Under the pieces are notes generated by a model, which made no database searches, was not told where the DNA came from, and was given only the letters and a program-made list of their open reading frames with translations. 64,000 bases of DNA from Hormiphora californensis. Taxonomy: Eukaryota; Animalia; Ctenophora. A program made the translations under genes and the position numbers. The stretch is from NCBI GenBank assembly GCA_020137815.1, contig CM035350.1, positions 744,001 to 808,000 on the forward strand, in the 5' to 3' direction. Shown here piece after piece: positions 37,269 through 50,700 of this stretch. Position 1 is the stretch's first letter. The number at the start of each line of letters is the position of its first letter.

Positions 37269-40034
37269 TTACTGGCATGCACCCCCAAAATGAGGATTAG
37301 GGCGTAAAGACATGATATTTGTAATTATTTCTGAGCTAAGATATGGGCAGTAGCCTCGAAATCTCTCTGGATCTGTTTCGCCAAATTTTTCTTTATTTTC
37401 AGTGTAGTTTCACCATCGTAACTGCTTCGTACCAACACCGAGCTTCCATCTGGCTGTAAACAGGGTATAATACATGTGTCAAACAGCTGTGTTTTAATGA
37501 ATCTTCTAAGAGATCGAGTTCTAGCTGCCAGGGGTCGGTCCCGCCAAACAGAGTCCTACTTCTAGTTTCTAGTGGAACCTACCGATCGGTAGTAGACGTC
37601 GCTTAGGATCCGTAAACAGCTCACACAGACGGCGTTCTCTTCTTTTCGAATCATGGGGCCTGTAAACTCACACGAGGGACCGTATCGGAAGCACTGGAAG
37701 CACCTGTAGTAGAGAGAGGTGCACATTATAACACCACGACATTCCATTATGCTCAACAAGTACTGATCTGATGAGTAGTAGTACAGTACCCCAATTTACT
37801 GACCTGATTATACCGATAGGGTAGTCTGTAGAGATGCGGCAAATGATTCTATTTGGTATTATCTCAGATGTCTCGATGACAGAGTTGGTCCTTACAGGTC
37901 TGGAGGATAGAAGGGCGCAGTACGTCTCAGATGATAACCACCAGTTGATGTATTTCTTGGTCTTGTAGGCATCCAGCCAGTCAAATTTATCAAACATCAG
38001 CAGTAGTACACGCTGGTAATCAAGAGCCCAGTCTATACACCTGTATATATGATGTAGTGGTGATGTACATTGTACACACAGTGTACATTATACACACAGT
38101 GTACATTATACACACAGTGTACATTATACACACAGTGTACATTATACAATATACACACAGTGTACATTATACACACAGTGTACATTTTACATACAGTGTA
38201 CATTTTACACACAGTGTACATTATACACACAGTGTACATTATACAATATACACACAGTGTACATTATACACACAGTGTACATTTTACATACAGTGTACAT
38301 TTTACACACAGTGTACATTTTACACATAGTGTACATTTGTTCATTTCACACACAGTGTACATTTTACACGCAGTACATTATGTACTTTTTAAGAGGGGCT
38401 CTGGTATCCCCTTCTCTCTTCTTCCAGTTACTAAAGTTGATTTTAGTAGTACAAATGAAGGGAGGTGCGAGGTAGAACCTCAACATCTCTTCCAGAGTCA
38501 TGAACATGGTCATGTCCGTCTTCTTCTCCCACTTCTGAAGGGTAGGTTGAACTGTTCATACTGTTATTATAGCTCCAGGACGTAAAACAATGGGGGCCGG
38601 GGTAGGGAGTGTATGCTATTTGCTAACAATTGGGGCGAACATAGTTCACGGCTCAGTTTGACTCTAGAGAACTTCATAATGTACTGCTTACTAATTCCTC
38701 CTCTATATAAGTTTTCCTGAAGGGTAGTTCCTCCAGGCCGAGATGTTTTATTCGCCCTCTCTCAAACGCTTCCATCACTTTCAAATCGTACATCCCTGAA
38801 TAGAAACATGTATTTGCCTGGCGCCGCGACCCCATCAGAGCGCACTTGAGAATCAAATGGGGTCTGGACGTCTGGTGCCATGACAGCCATGTATCGAGAC
38901 TGTACTGGTACAGTGTACCAGTACAGTTTCGATGCTCGATGACAAGTACCAAGTATAATAGGTGCAAGTAATGTATCAGATAACGAGATATCATACCCCT
39001 GAGTTCCCTCTTTTGAACATGTTTCATGTAGTCAGCAAAGTGCCGGCCATCAAACAAGAACTTCTCCACCATTGGGTCCTCTAGTATGGGCAGGAGAGTG
39101 TTCCAGTAGACTGGACTTATCATGTCAACAATGTAGGTGTGCCCATTGAGGGTACTGATCACCACAAACTCTACCCTGCATTTATCATCTGGGGTCGAGG
39201 AGGGGGTTAGAGGGGGTTGTATTGGTGACATGGACAGTGGACACCTTATGGTACCAAGAGGTTTTATAGGGTGGAATCATTCTAGTAATGTAATAATCTC
39301 TGCTGAGACAGTGTTCATCCTGTGTGATCCCTGCTACTCTCCTGTCAGTGTCTGTCCTGTAATGCGGTATTCCCTCTCGCTCATCTGCCCTGTCTGTCTC
39401 AGTATCTTGTGCACGTGCAGTAAGATTGGTAGTTAGCTCGTTGTGGAAATAAAGCTAGCTGTTCATGTGAAATCAGCTAACACTCATTGAGTGAAGCACG
39501 TGATGTAGAGAGTGACGTGATGTAGAGAGTGTCACGTGACATGTAGAGAGTGTCACGTGTCTTACCAAATCGAGATATCTCCTTCCCGATAAAGTTCACT
39601 ACGATATGGTAGTGGTCCTGGCGGACCTTGTAGCTCCAATAGCTCTCTAGGAAGGTCATGGCCTCCTTTAAATCCTTCTCTTCTCGTATCACTCTGGGAA
39701 TGGGAAGTATTGGGCATGTTGTGCCCCTCTGTGTTCGCGGACAATGGAAAGTTATAAATGAATTATAGAATCAGAGATGCCTTACGAGTAAGTTACTAAT
39801 AAGTTACTAATAGTAACACAGTACAAAACTAAAGTTCCTCATACCATCCTGTGGTCTGTAAGTAAACGAGGGTTTCAAGCTTCTATACCTAGTTGAGTAA
39901 CTTGAGACAATACCTGTACTTGATTCCATCGGGACCTTCCTGCCAACCCAGGTTTACCCGGACCTGAATAATTATCATCTTGATACCCCACCGCCATCTC
40001 TGTCTTGCTCTTGCCCTCTGTTCCTCTGTTAACT
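37269..40034 (-). CDS. EXD1/egalitarian-like 3'-5' exonuclease-fold protein (probably inactive) with a C-terminal C4 zinc finger; 5' end not resolved
   Basis: Exons about 40034-39914, 39693-39566, 39188-38997, 38795-38692, 38534-38386, 38040-37924, 37703-37583, 37453-37269. Motifs IGKEISRFG, YIVD, LLPILEDPMVEKFLFDGR and MYDLKV resemble the EXD1-type domain; CFQC...EF...CVSC follows. Confidence 0.7.
38045..38385. repeat. ~18-bp minisatellite (TGTACATTATACACACAG) filling an intron
   Basis: Directly visible tandem array. The overlapping ORFs 38033-38585 are repeat artefacts. Confidence 0.95.
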
Positions 40035-41741
40035 CTGAGGAAAAAGAATTTTAGACAGTGCACTGTTTTAGCCTGACATTGATTGCCAAGTTAGACTGCA
40101 ATTCGCAAGCAAGGGTGTATGTAAGGTGTATCGTGGCCGTTTCAATTTCATCGGTACCGCCAGACCTCTAAAGGTCACAGAACCCCGATTTACTGGGTGG
40201 ATAAACTTCCCCCGATATAGAAAACTAGCGGTATTTGACCCCGATATGCCGGACAAATCCCTTTTGCCGAGCATCCCGGTAATTTGGGATTCGACAGCTC
40301 TAGTGTACTGCCATTTGCTGCCTAGCAGTCACCGGTACCCATTCTTGGATAGAGCATGCAAAGAGGCCAGGCCGGTCTGGTGTTGTCTCTGACCACTTGT
40401 TGACCCCTAACAACTGACCACAGTTCTCTGAGAATAGGGTCACCACAGTTCTCGCTATGAAAATAGGTTCAGGACAATGCTCTGACAGGTCTGGTCGCGA
40501 AGAAGTCACAGTATTTGACAACCCAGGCGTCTCGGTCCATAATAACAAGGGCACGCCATGACTCACTTTTTTTACGAGGGGGCCAGAATGTATCAACATT
40601 AGCTTTGAAAGTCGATGGTGGCAATACCATGACCCCTCTCAGTCCCTGCTGGGAACTAGGACAACGTTCAAGACAATCTTCTCACTGCGTCAGATACAAC
40701 TATGCTGTCTCAGAGTGCACCTCCAAAGAAGAGAGGGTTGTCCTAGCACACAGATTAGATCAAAATAAAAAGCGGCTCGTTTTTTGTTGGTAAGAAATCT
40801 TGACTCTGATAAAAAACAACAAACTGTCACTGAAAATCTTCACTTATATTCCTCTATCTCTACTTCCAGCTCTCTCACGCTCACGGAAATTAGATATTAG
40901 AAGCACGTGTCATTTCTCACGTTTAGGAGAAAATTAGCTCGCATCTAGTTCACATGTGATCACACGTGCAAACCCATCTTCACTGCACACCATTTTAATA
41001 GTTTAGTACCACGAAATAACCCTTCGCTCCGGCAAGGGAGGGGTTACTTCGTTACCACAACAGTGTACCGACCTGCTTTAAGATCTGGTTCCGACTCTAC
41101 AGTAGTGGGGGTGGGTGGCAGAACCATAATTCTAACTTATGAGAGGGGGGAGTGTTGGGGGATCAATAACTCGGCAGCACTCTCGCTAGAACCCCTTACA
41201 GTTACACGGCAAGTTCGACACACACAAATGTAGCAAATACTACGTATAATACGCTAACACATTGACATATGCACGTGTCTATACCCGCATATATAACACT
41301 ATCCACTGGGATCTAAATGAGTAAGCCATGGGTTCCAGGATTGGATGTTTCAAGGAGTCACTATGTTACTCACACAGATCGGATTAAAGGACTAACAAAA
41401 TGGGCTCACTTAAATACTTCATGTCAAAAAGAAATAGGCTCATACGATCAGTAAACATGTGATGTCTGGCGCCGCCGACCCGATCTGATTTCTGAGCGGA
41501 ATGTCAATCAAAACAGGGTCTGGCGGCGCCGGACAGTGAGCTTGTATCACATCAGTAAACAGTTTAAAATGAAGGTGGCTAAAATTTAATATCATATCAT
41601 CTTCCCAATCTCTCTCACAAACACAGTCCCATAAAGGATTTCTTATTGTCTTATCCCTTTTCGAGTCTATCTGTATCACATCTCTTTTCACTGAATTTCA
41701 GCTGGGTTCATCATTATTAATAGATCTAACTGCCCCACAGA

Positions 41742-44700
41742 TCAGAACAAGTTGACAGCCTTCTTGGCTCTGATTTGTTTCCACTTTGGCAACTTGTCGT
41801 ACTCTTCTAATGACATCCCAAACACCTCCAAAAAGTCCCGGTCCTCTAGGTACCTCTGAAAGGGGGAGAGCTGGTTAGTTGTACATAATTAGATCACATA
41901 TCAACATATCTCTTAGGCAGCCGGCAGGGATGTATCTATAGACGTTTGTTTAAATACATAATATCTAATAGTCAGAGTTTTTGTTATTCTCTCTGTGGCT
42001 GAACAAATGAACCAGACGGGTATAATGTCGCAACAAGTTTCGAGGATCTACCTCTTCATCGGGCTCAAATTTATTTGTTTAAAGTAGTGTTGAAAAGTTT
42101 GAAACACTACTTTAAACAAATAAATTTGAGCCCGATGAAGAGGTAGATCCTCGAAACTTGTTGCGACATTATACCCGTCTGGTTCATTTGTTCAGCCACA
42201 GAGAGAATAACAAAAACTCTGACTATCAAACATGAGGCTAATAAACAGTTATCCGATCACCCAACTGTCATAATATCTAACAGACAAAAGAAGTGATACC
42301 CTCCATAAAAGGACTGAAGAGACACCTCACATTTCCACGACTCACCTCTTTATTGACAACATCCACTCCATCAGGAACAATGTTCTTCACTAGTACATCA
42401 TACGGGTACTTCCTGCTGTATTTCTCTAGCTCCTCGTCCACAGAACTAACCAACACGTCCCCAAACTGGGCCACCAACTCCTCGTACGATTTACCACCCT
42501 GTAAAATAGGGGGGGGGGGGGTGATCAGCTTACTATAAGTATACAAAACCAGGTTACATGCATGGCTAGAGATAGGTATGTCAGGCCAATGCTCTAACCG
42601 CGGTTCTCACGTGAGAACAGGGTCACTGGTTAGTCCAATGATGATACTCTGACAGATGGGACTTACCGACCACTTCCTAGGATCCCACGCCTGGAAATGT
42701 CCAGTGAACTTGGGAGGTTCCATGCCTTGTTTGACAGTTAACATTTCCACCTCTGTCTCGTCCCTCCCCGAGGGATCATTGCTAATGTACTCCTTCGCAG
42801 CAATCAGGCTCTCCTTCTTCTCTATATCATTGGCACCCTTACCAATCCACACAAACAACTGGAATGGGTGGATTTAGATTTAAATTTTTTTTGGATGGTT
42901 AGTACTGATAGTGATTTCGGTTATGATCACGTGTTCATATTGCACGTGCATGCTCCTTCATAAAACTAACCGCTATTCCGATATCCAGTAACATTATATC
43001 ATCCTCTATCAAGTCATCCTGGTTAAAGTTATACACCTCCTCTGCATTGAACACTCCACACGCATTGCTAAGCTGGAAGAGTCGAGGTGGTCGCTGGTTG
43101 ACAAGACTCTCTAGCTCCAGCCCATTAGCGTACTCAGTTTTACCTCCCAGTGCTGCCCAGAACTCTCCACTCTCGTTCTCCTCCTCCAGCTCTACGGTAC
43201 CCACTGGGAGAGAGAAGAGAGATAGTTACTGGGAGTAGTTATTGGGGGATGGTTGGATGGAGAGCAGGGTAAAGTTATCGTAATACCTGGCTCGTTGATT
43301 CCTATAAGGGCGGGTCTGTCCAACTTTTCTGAAAGAATCTTTCCAGTGTGTTTCTCCTCTGCATCACAACCCTATAATAATAGGTTTAGAGGATGTTGGG
43401 GATGCACATCTCATATTCCCTCCCTCCCCCTCGGCCTAACCCGGGCCCACTTTTGGCTTTTGCAATTTTCTCTTATCATGCCCTCCCAAATAACTTACCT
43501 TACCGTACCAGATGAAGGTCTTGTTCTTGGTGAGGAATACAAATGAATCATTACTGTTTAGACTGCACGCCTTGGGCAGAACCTCTATCGTCCTAACGTA
43601 CTCATTCAAACACTTGATGTGGAAGAGTCTGGATGTAGTTGGCCCAGTCCCCACACTACCCTCCAGATCTCCCTTCCGGGTGTGATTGAACCCGCTCTCT
43701 ACCCCGCCCTGTAGAATGGTGATCCTCCTACCGAACATCCTCATGAAATGGAAGGGTTCCTTCCCCTGTACCACCCTGACTGTCTGTGAGCTCCACCCCA
43801 CCTCACTATCAATCCTAGTGGCATGGAGGGCTGCTGACCCCTTCTCATCACTAGTAGAATGAGATCCCAACCAGAAATATGTGATATAACTCTCGTGGTT
43901 GCGGCCTGGCTGTATGTAGGTGTATAGGATCACGTAACTGTCACCGTCCCAGAAGAACCCGTACATCTCAGGAGGGACATCCACCAACTCAAAACTCTCT
44001 ACCCTCCAAATCTGGGGAAGGGGATTGGGGGATTAGTAACACTTTTAAAAAGAGGGTCTCTAAAACACTGGTCGGGAAGAGACAAGAGGGAGGGGTAGCT
44101 ACCAATCTAAAGATCACGGGAGGGTGGTGTATACTACCTTGATAGTTCCACTTCCATCGTCTCTAACATCATCCTGCATCAGCTCCTCCTTCCTCTGCCT
44201 CTTGTAGAACCCACTCAGATCCACACTCTGCTTCTTGATCTGCCCTGGTTCAGGGTCCACCTTGGTCGGCAGGTTGACAGTAGGAGAGGGCCAGGCAGAG
44301 AAACAACTTCTAAACAGGTTGTCTTCAGCCCCCTCTACCACCCTACAGAGGGGTGTCCACGTTGGGTACCCCTTGTCGTTGATGAATTTCTAGGGAAAGG
44401 GAGATGATGTTGGGAACTGCGGAGAGGAAGGGGAGGATGTTAGGAACTGGGGAAATGGGGTATATAGTAGGGGTTGTAGGAAACATTTCAGGGGTTTGTA
44501 TTAGGGGTGGAGATGGTAACTAATTAATGAATTGGTAATTACCTGAGCATGCATGAAAGCTTGGTTTCTCTCCTGTTGTGTAGCACCTTTCCCAATCCAC
44601 GCGTACACCCCACTGTTCCCCATATCCAGTATAAAGGCGTCCTGACTATCCAGCAGATTGTGATCTAGTGGTGCCTGTCCTACAGGTGTGATCTCTACAA

Positions 44701-47700
44701 ACCCTGCCTCGTCACACACTCTGTACAGTGTGATCTCTCTAGCAGTCTGGTCGGCTAGTTCATCATCCCCTCCCTCCCCTGCTGATCTGATCAACACCTC
44801 CTCACCAGCAACCCTCCCCAACTGATCATAGAACTTCTGCCTCATCCTCTCATCCTCAGGGGATGCCAGCATCATGGTCCCCCTCCCTCCCTTCTCCTCA
44901 TCCCTTATCTTCCTCGCAAACTCCATCCCCTTTATCTTCTCCAACCTGCTGCAGTCTGCCCCAACCCACACCCACACTGCATCTTTAGTGTCCAACACGA
45001 ACACATCCCCCTCGTTCATGGAGTCCCAGTGAACCTTGGTCTGGGTGATCCTGATCTTCCTCCTGCCCTTGATGTGGTACAGTTTCTTGCGGTACTCTAA
45101 CTTCTCTACCTGCTGGAAGCCTCCATCAATACCACCCTCGAGGTACCTGATGTGGAGGGGTGTGAGTTGTAACAAGCTTCTACCTGACAGTGACCCCTTC
45201 CTTTTCAATTGGTTTCCCTTTCTTCTCTTATCCATGTATCTAGGACTAGTACAGCTACTTACTGTATGCCCTGTTTGAAGAGTGACTGGAAGCGGTCTGA
45301 TTCGTACTCCTGTACCTCCCTGTGTTGTATGGGTCCCCCTCCCAGACTGTCATCCAGCTCACAGGACTTGATAGCTGCACAACCCGCCTCATCCTGATAC
45401 ATAATGGGGTTAGAGGTTATAGTGGAGGGTATGACAATGTGTTGCAAACTTGGTTTGGGATATTGGATATCAGGCAATTGGGGTTTTTAATGTATGTGTG
45501 TCGATCTGTCGTGATCTAAACTTTAAAGTCTGTCCATTTAGCGTTGTATTCATACTAATGACCGTGGGATATTCATTTTTACGAGCTCTCAGTTCTGTAT
45601 ATTAGTGGCTGATATAGCGAACTATAGGGAGGGTAATTATAGTTCTAAAATGGTCCGATAAATGAGTGTTCAATTCGTGACGTACAGTGACGTGCATGAC
45701 AACAGAATACAGATAAAGAAAAGTTCTTATTTTCAATAGTTGGAATAATTATTATACCGATATTAAATAAATCATTGCACAATGAAGGGAGTCTTTGATG
45801 GTTCATTTTCCTATAGATTCACACATTCAGTGACCCAGGTGTCCCTCCTCTCGCAGTGCGAGAAGGGACTATTATATTCTTCGTAAATATTATACACTCT
45901 TCTAACTAAACTCCTCCTTATATTATGCACACATATTTAATCAATCCACTCTCTAGATAAAATATACAAGGCTCTAGACTAAACATTTGAACATCAAAAT
46001 TAATAGAACTACACCAGCACATTATTACAACACTCCTGAGTCCTCACACAATATACAACACGTCCATAAAGTACATCCGTTAGAGCAATTTACAAGACTA
46101 ATAGTAATATGTACAACTTTACAGGGCCCACTTTACACGCCGTGTTTAGTACAGTTTACTAACAGTTTCTATATCATCAGGAACATGCACCTGTCCAATG
46201 TCCATACACCAAGTATTACCACTAGGCAGCTGATATAACCCGGATTGTTACTTTATATTAGGACGGGGTATCTCCACCACTGTGTCTCCACTCTCCATCC
46301 CCCTTCAACTGCAGCTCAGGTCAATAAGATTGCTCTCCATGGCCTTCCTGATGTTAGCATACCTCCTAATGGCAGGGAACCTATATGCAGCCCCACTCCC
46401 CTTACCTCCTCCTCCACTGTTAGCGGTACACCGTGTTGATTCTGGGGATACCGACCGGGCCCTCCCTGACCCCACCCCTCTCCTCTGCACGTTGGGCTGG
46501 TAGCTGCCCCGGGGTTCAGGAGTGTACCGTTTAATTGGTTTCGAGTAGAGCCGTGATCTGGCAGGGTATGCGAACTGATCAAACCCATGATCAGAGAAAC
46601 ACCGAGACCTGGGTTCAACATATGTCTTGGTAAACTCGGTGTTGAGTTTATTGATGTTTTCAGCATTCTCCCTCGCCTCTCTGGCCCTCATTATGGCCAC
46701 CTTTTTCTCAGATATTATCCTGGCCGCCATGTGTAGAACTAGTGCCTTGAGCATACAGTTTTTATTGCCCACCACTGCAGGAGAGCCACACGTCCGGGCT
46801 ATAGCAGCAGCCCTGGTTAACACATCACCTTTTTCGGTGGCGATCTTCCTAGCAAAACCCTCTGCGAACTTGCTCATAAAATTACTCTTCCTCACGTTCT
46901 TCTCGAAGACCTTCTTTCCAAACTTCTGTGCAAAGATACTCTTGGTTTTGCTGGTGCTGGGTTTAATGTTAGGACTCTCATCTACAGTCGGATCTGGTTG
47001 ATCTGGACCCCCTGGGTTGGTACCCTGAACTGCAATGTTCTGACAGGAGGAGGTGATGGTCTTGCTCATCTCAGTCTGGGCATACTCCCTGAGCAACAAC
47101 CTCTCCAACTCGTCCAACTCTTCCTGGGACAGGGCAGGTGGAAAGTAGAGGTGTTGTAGAGGTGCTTCACGTAGCTGCAGTCCAACATGTGGGTTAGGGT
47201 AGAAAGGGGTAAAATGGCACACTTTCTAACGTTTTAGGTTCTAAAATACTCAATTTATACAGCAAGAAGAAAAAAAATTATATAGGCTATCCAATGAAAC
47301 GTTTTCCTTTCAGACGAGCTAAATTTTAAAATCTGAAAGTTTTATTTAATAGCTTAATTAATCAATTCAAAAAGTTTGGTAGGGCTTTTTTTGGAAATTT
47401 TGCACTGGGGTAAAATGGTCCAGCCAATAGCATTGCTCGATTTTTATCACGTGCCTGGTGTTGTTAGAGCACTGGGGTAAAATGGTCCATGTTATCTTCA
47501 GTAATTTCTGTTCTGCTGGACCATTTTACCCCAGTGTGCTGGACCATTTTACCCCAGTTGGTATCACGTGGTATTGGAGGCTCGATTTCATTGGTCCCAG
47601 GGTGAACCATTTTACCCCAGCGAGGGTGAACCATTTTACCCCAGTTTGACTAATTTGACAATTTAATCAACTTAATAGTGGGTTTTTTGAAAAATTTTTA

Positions 47701-50700
47701 TACCAAGTTTTAGAAGGATAAAAACCCTAACTGGCAGTTTTTGCAAAATTAAAATCGGCCAACTCAAACAGAAATTACAGCAGTTTTAAAGCAAAAATTC
47801 GGAACAGAACGAGCAGGTCTCCGCTGGAGAAAAAGTCACGTGACTACATGTAATAACTAGGACCATTTTACCCCATACATGTGCCATTTTACCCCGTGTG
47901 CCATTTTACCCCTTTCTACCCTATAACTAGCAGCGGTAGGTTATCATAGCGGGGTACTGACAAAGATAGCAACTGATAATATACATGTATAGAGAAACTA
48001 GCTAGGAGCAACAACAATTAGCTTTCTCACTCGGCATTTGAGAATTGAGATAGCTCTCTGTCTCCTTCCCATGATCTCTTAGTTCCTCTTTAACCCCCCC
48101 CCCCCCTCTCTCTCTCTCCTGCTGCCCCTCTGTACTCACCTGAATCATCTCGTTCTGGAACCTCATGCTGTTACTACTTCTCTCCAGTGCATCCACTCTG
48201 GCCGTAATGGTGGCCATTGTCTGTTCCTCATACCTCTGCAGGTTCTCTATTCTCATCAGCACTCTGTGTTCCAGATCCTCTAGTTTCCTAACCAGGGTAG
48301 CGTTGATATCCCCCACTATCTTTGTGACCATCTCACTGCGACCAGATGTGAACATGGTGCTGCAGCTGGCAAGTAACAGAGTTTGCAGTAAAGTAGAAAA
48401 GTGGTGCGGACAGAGGGAGAGAGAGGGAGAGTCTCTCTGTACATATGGGAACCAATAGAGTCGCGGCGTGAGTGGGTAACCAGGCAACCCCGCATCATTA
48501 GCTGTACTGTTGCCATGGTAACAACACGTGATCTACTACGCATTTCCGGTACACACAGCGTAGTACTTTGCTCCTTATGTTCTCTCTATTTCTCTCTTTT
48601 TCTTACCCCCTCTCTCTCTCTTTCTTTCTCTGACAGGGTCATGAAATGGTCTGTAACAAAACTTGAAGTAATTGCTCCTCTTTTCGTATTGGACACACAC
48701 ACGCATACTCTGTGGTAGGACTGAGAAGATAGAGAGAAAGAAAGATAGAGGGGAGAGAGAGAGAAAGAAAGATAGAGGAGAGAGAGACTTCTGGAGAGTG
48801 GCCTAGGGGCTATTAGCTTCTCCCATCCTCCTTCTCCAGCTGGTCTACAGACAAAAGTGGTTGCTTGTTTCATAAACGGATTTTCCAGTGAAATTTTCCC
48901 AAGATTTCACAAAGGATAAAGACTCTTTTCCCAAGAGAGTTAGATGATGTGAAAAATAATCCCAGGTCATTAATTTCTAATCACTCTGTGAACTTCTGTG
49001 ATGTGGTTACTTCATGGCAATTGGTATGGAAGTCACCACAAGCAGAATGGGACCGTGAGAGAGTATCTTACACACACATTTAGTTCAGGTCATTAGCTTC
49101 GTCGAAAATTTCCACAAATTTTCGTTCGAGGTTGTTTCGAAGTTTCGGATCGAATTTGGGGGAATTACAGTTTGGGATATTGTGTGAAGAAGTCGGACAT
49201 TCTCTACCGCTAAAGATAGCCGATAAATTAACCAATATGGGTATCAAAAACTGCTCGAGACGGGCTTCCCTAGAACTATTTGAAACATTGTTTAGAGATG
49301 GGTGACTATTCTTTGTGTGACGTGTGTGGAGACGAATGACCAATCAAAATGTCAGATTTGATGGAAATTGGAAATTGTTCCTGGATCCATCTCTCTTCAA
49401 GTTTGTCAGTACTTTACAATATGTCTGTCTGGCGCCGCGACCTATCTGAGCGCACAGAATCAAATGGGGTATGGCGCCGCCATACAGCAATATGTCAAAT
49501 ATTCAATTTCACATACCATTGAGGTGCTGGCTCCCAACCAGAAATGAATATGCCACTCATACCGCGTACTGACTTGCTGCGTCTGAGGGAGAGAGAGAAC
49601 AGGAGTTAAAAAGTTTCAGTTTCAACAAAGAAGAAGAATCACTGTCAGAGCATTGGCTTGACCTTATTCTCAGTTCTCGCACGAGAACTGTGGTCAGACC
49701 ATTGGCCTGACAGGAGAATCAGAATCACTAACTGCTTACTCACATGTAGAACGATGTAGCTGTCCCCTGTATAGAACTTGCCATACAGATCAGGAGGTAC
49801 AGGAATCACTTTGAACTTCTGTACAGGGAAGGAGAACATGATTAGATATTGGGATATGTGGGTCGTGGGATATGCTTTCAGGGACCGGGCAATTAGGACC
49901 GGGGAGGTTTATGGCCTACTGAATATTTAACTCAGCTCCCTACCTCTATCCTCCATATTTCTAATCCTGGGCTCTGTCCTACACCAATGAAGGCCTGGTC
50001 TACAGAGGTAGTTGAGAAGGTCTGAACGCCGTTTAGCTGCTTAGACACACCTGAAACAATAGCTGTTAATTGAAACTGCTAAATTTAAAACAATTAAAAG
50101 TAAAACGAGTAGAAGTTTAAATTAAATTTAATCGGTCATTTGGTGACGCGGCCACCCCTACACTAGCCGCGCGCAGCGCGGCTAAACGAAGCCCGCGAAG
50201 CGGGCTGAGGATGAGGGGATGGCATCACCAAATCGGTCATGTTCGTGGCTGTTCAGTAATGGGTGTTAGTATAATTAGACCTTCAAGAGCGGTGACCAAA
50301 TCCCACTCAACCATGATGATGGTTCTCAAGATATAGAACAAGTGGTGAACTAAACAATATGTATGGTGAACTGCAGTTCTACTTCAGTGCTACGCTTGCT
50401 CATTCCATATAAACAATTTAACAGGCGGCAGATAGACAGAAGGGGCAGACAGAGAAGCAGTTATGTGGAGGGCGGCACCGTGGGATTGCACTGCCTGGCG
50501 ACCCAATAAGGGACTGCACGGGATCTGGAGGGGGGATTTGACATGATCCTTATTACCTCCACTATCGAAGAGTCCGAGAGAGAATTCACTGGTAGACTGT
50601 TGCAACAGGACCCCCATGATAGCGCGACTAATAACGGAACGAAGATTCTTCCAACTAAATATATTTCCACAACCCTCAATATTACTAGAACGTGTTCTAA

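Noticed and set aside
38045-38385. Array of CACAGTG heptamers or a CRISPR-like array
   Set aside because: Simple 18-bp minisatellite with no unique spacers, nonamer or TSD; the context is eukaryotic.
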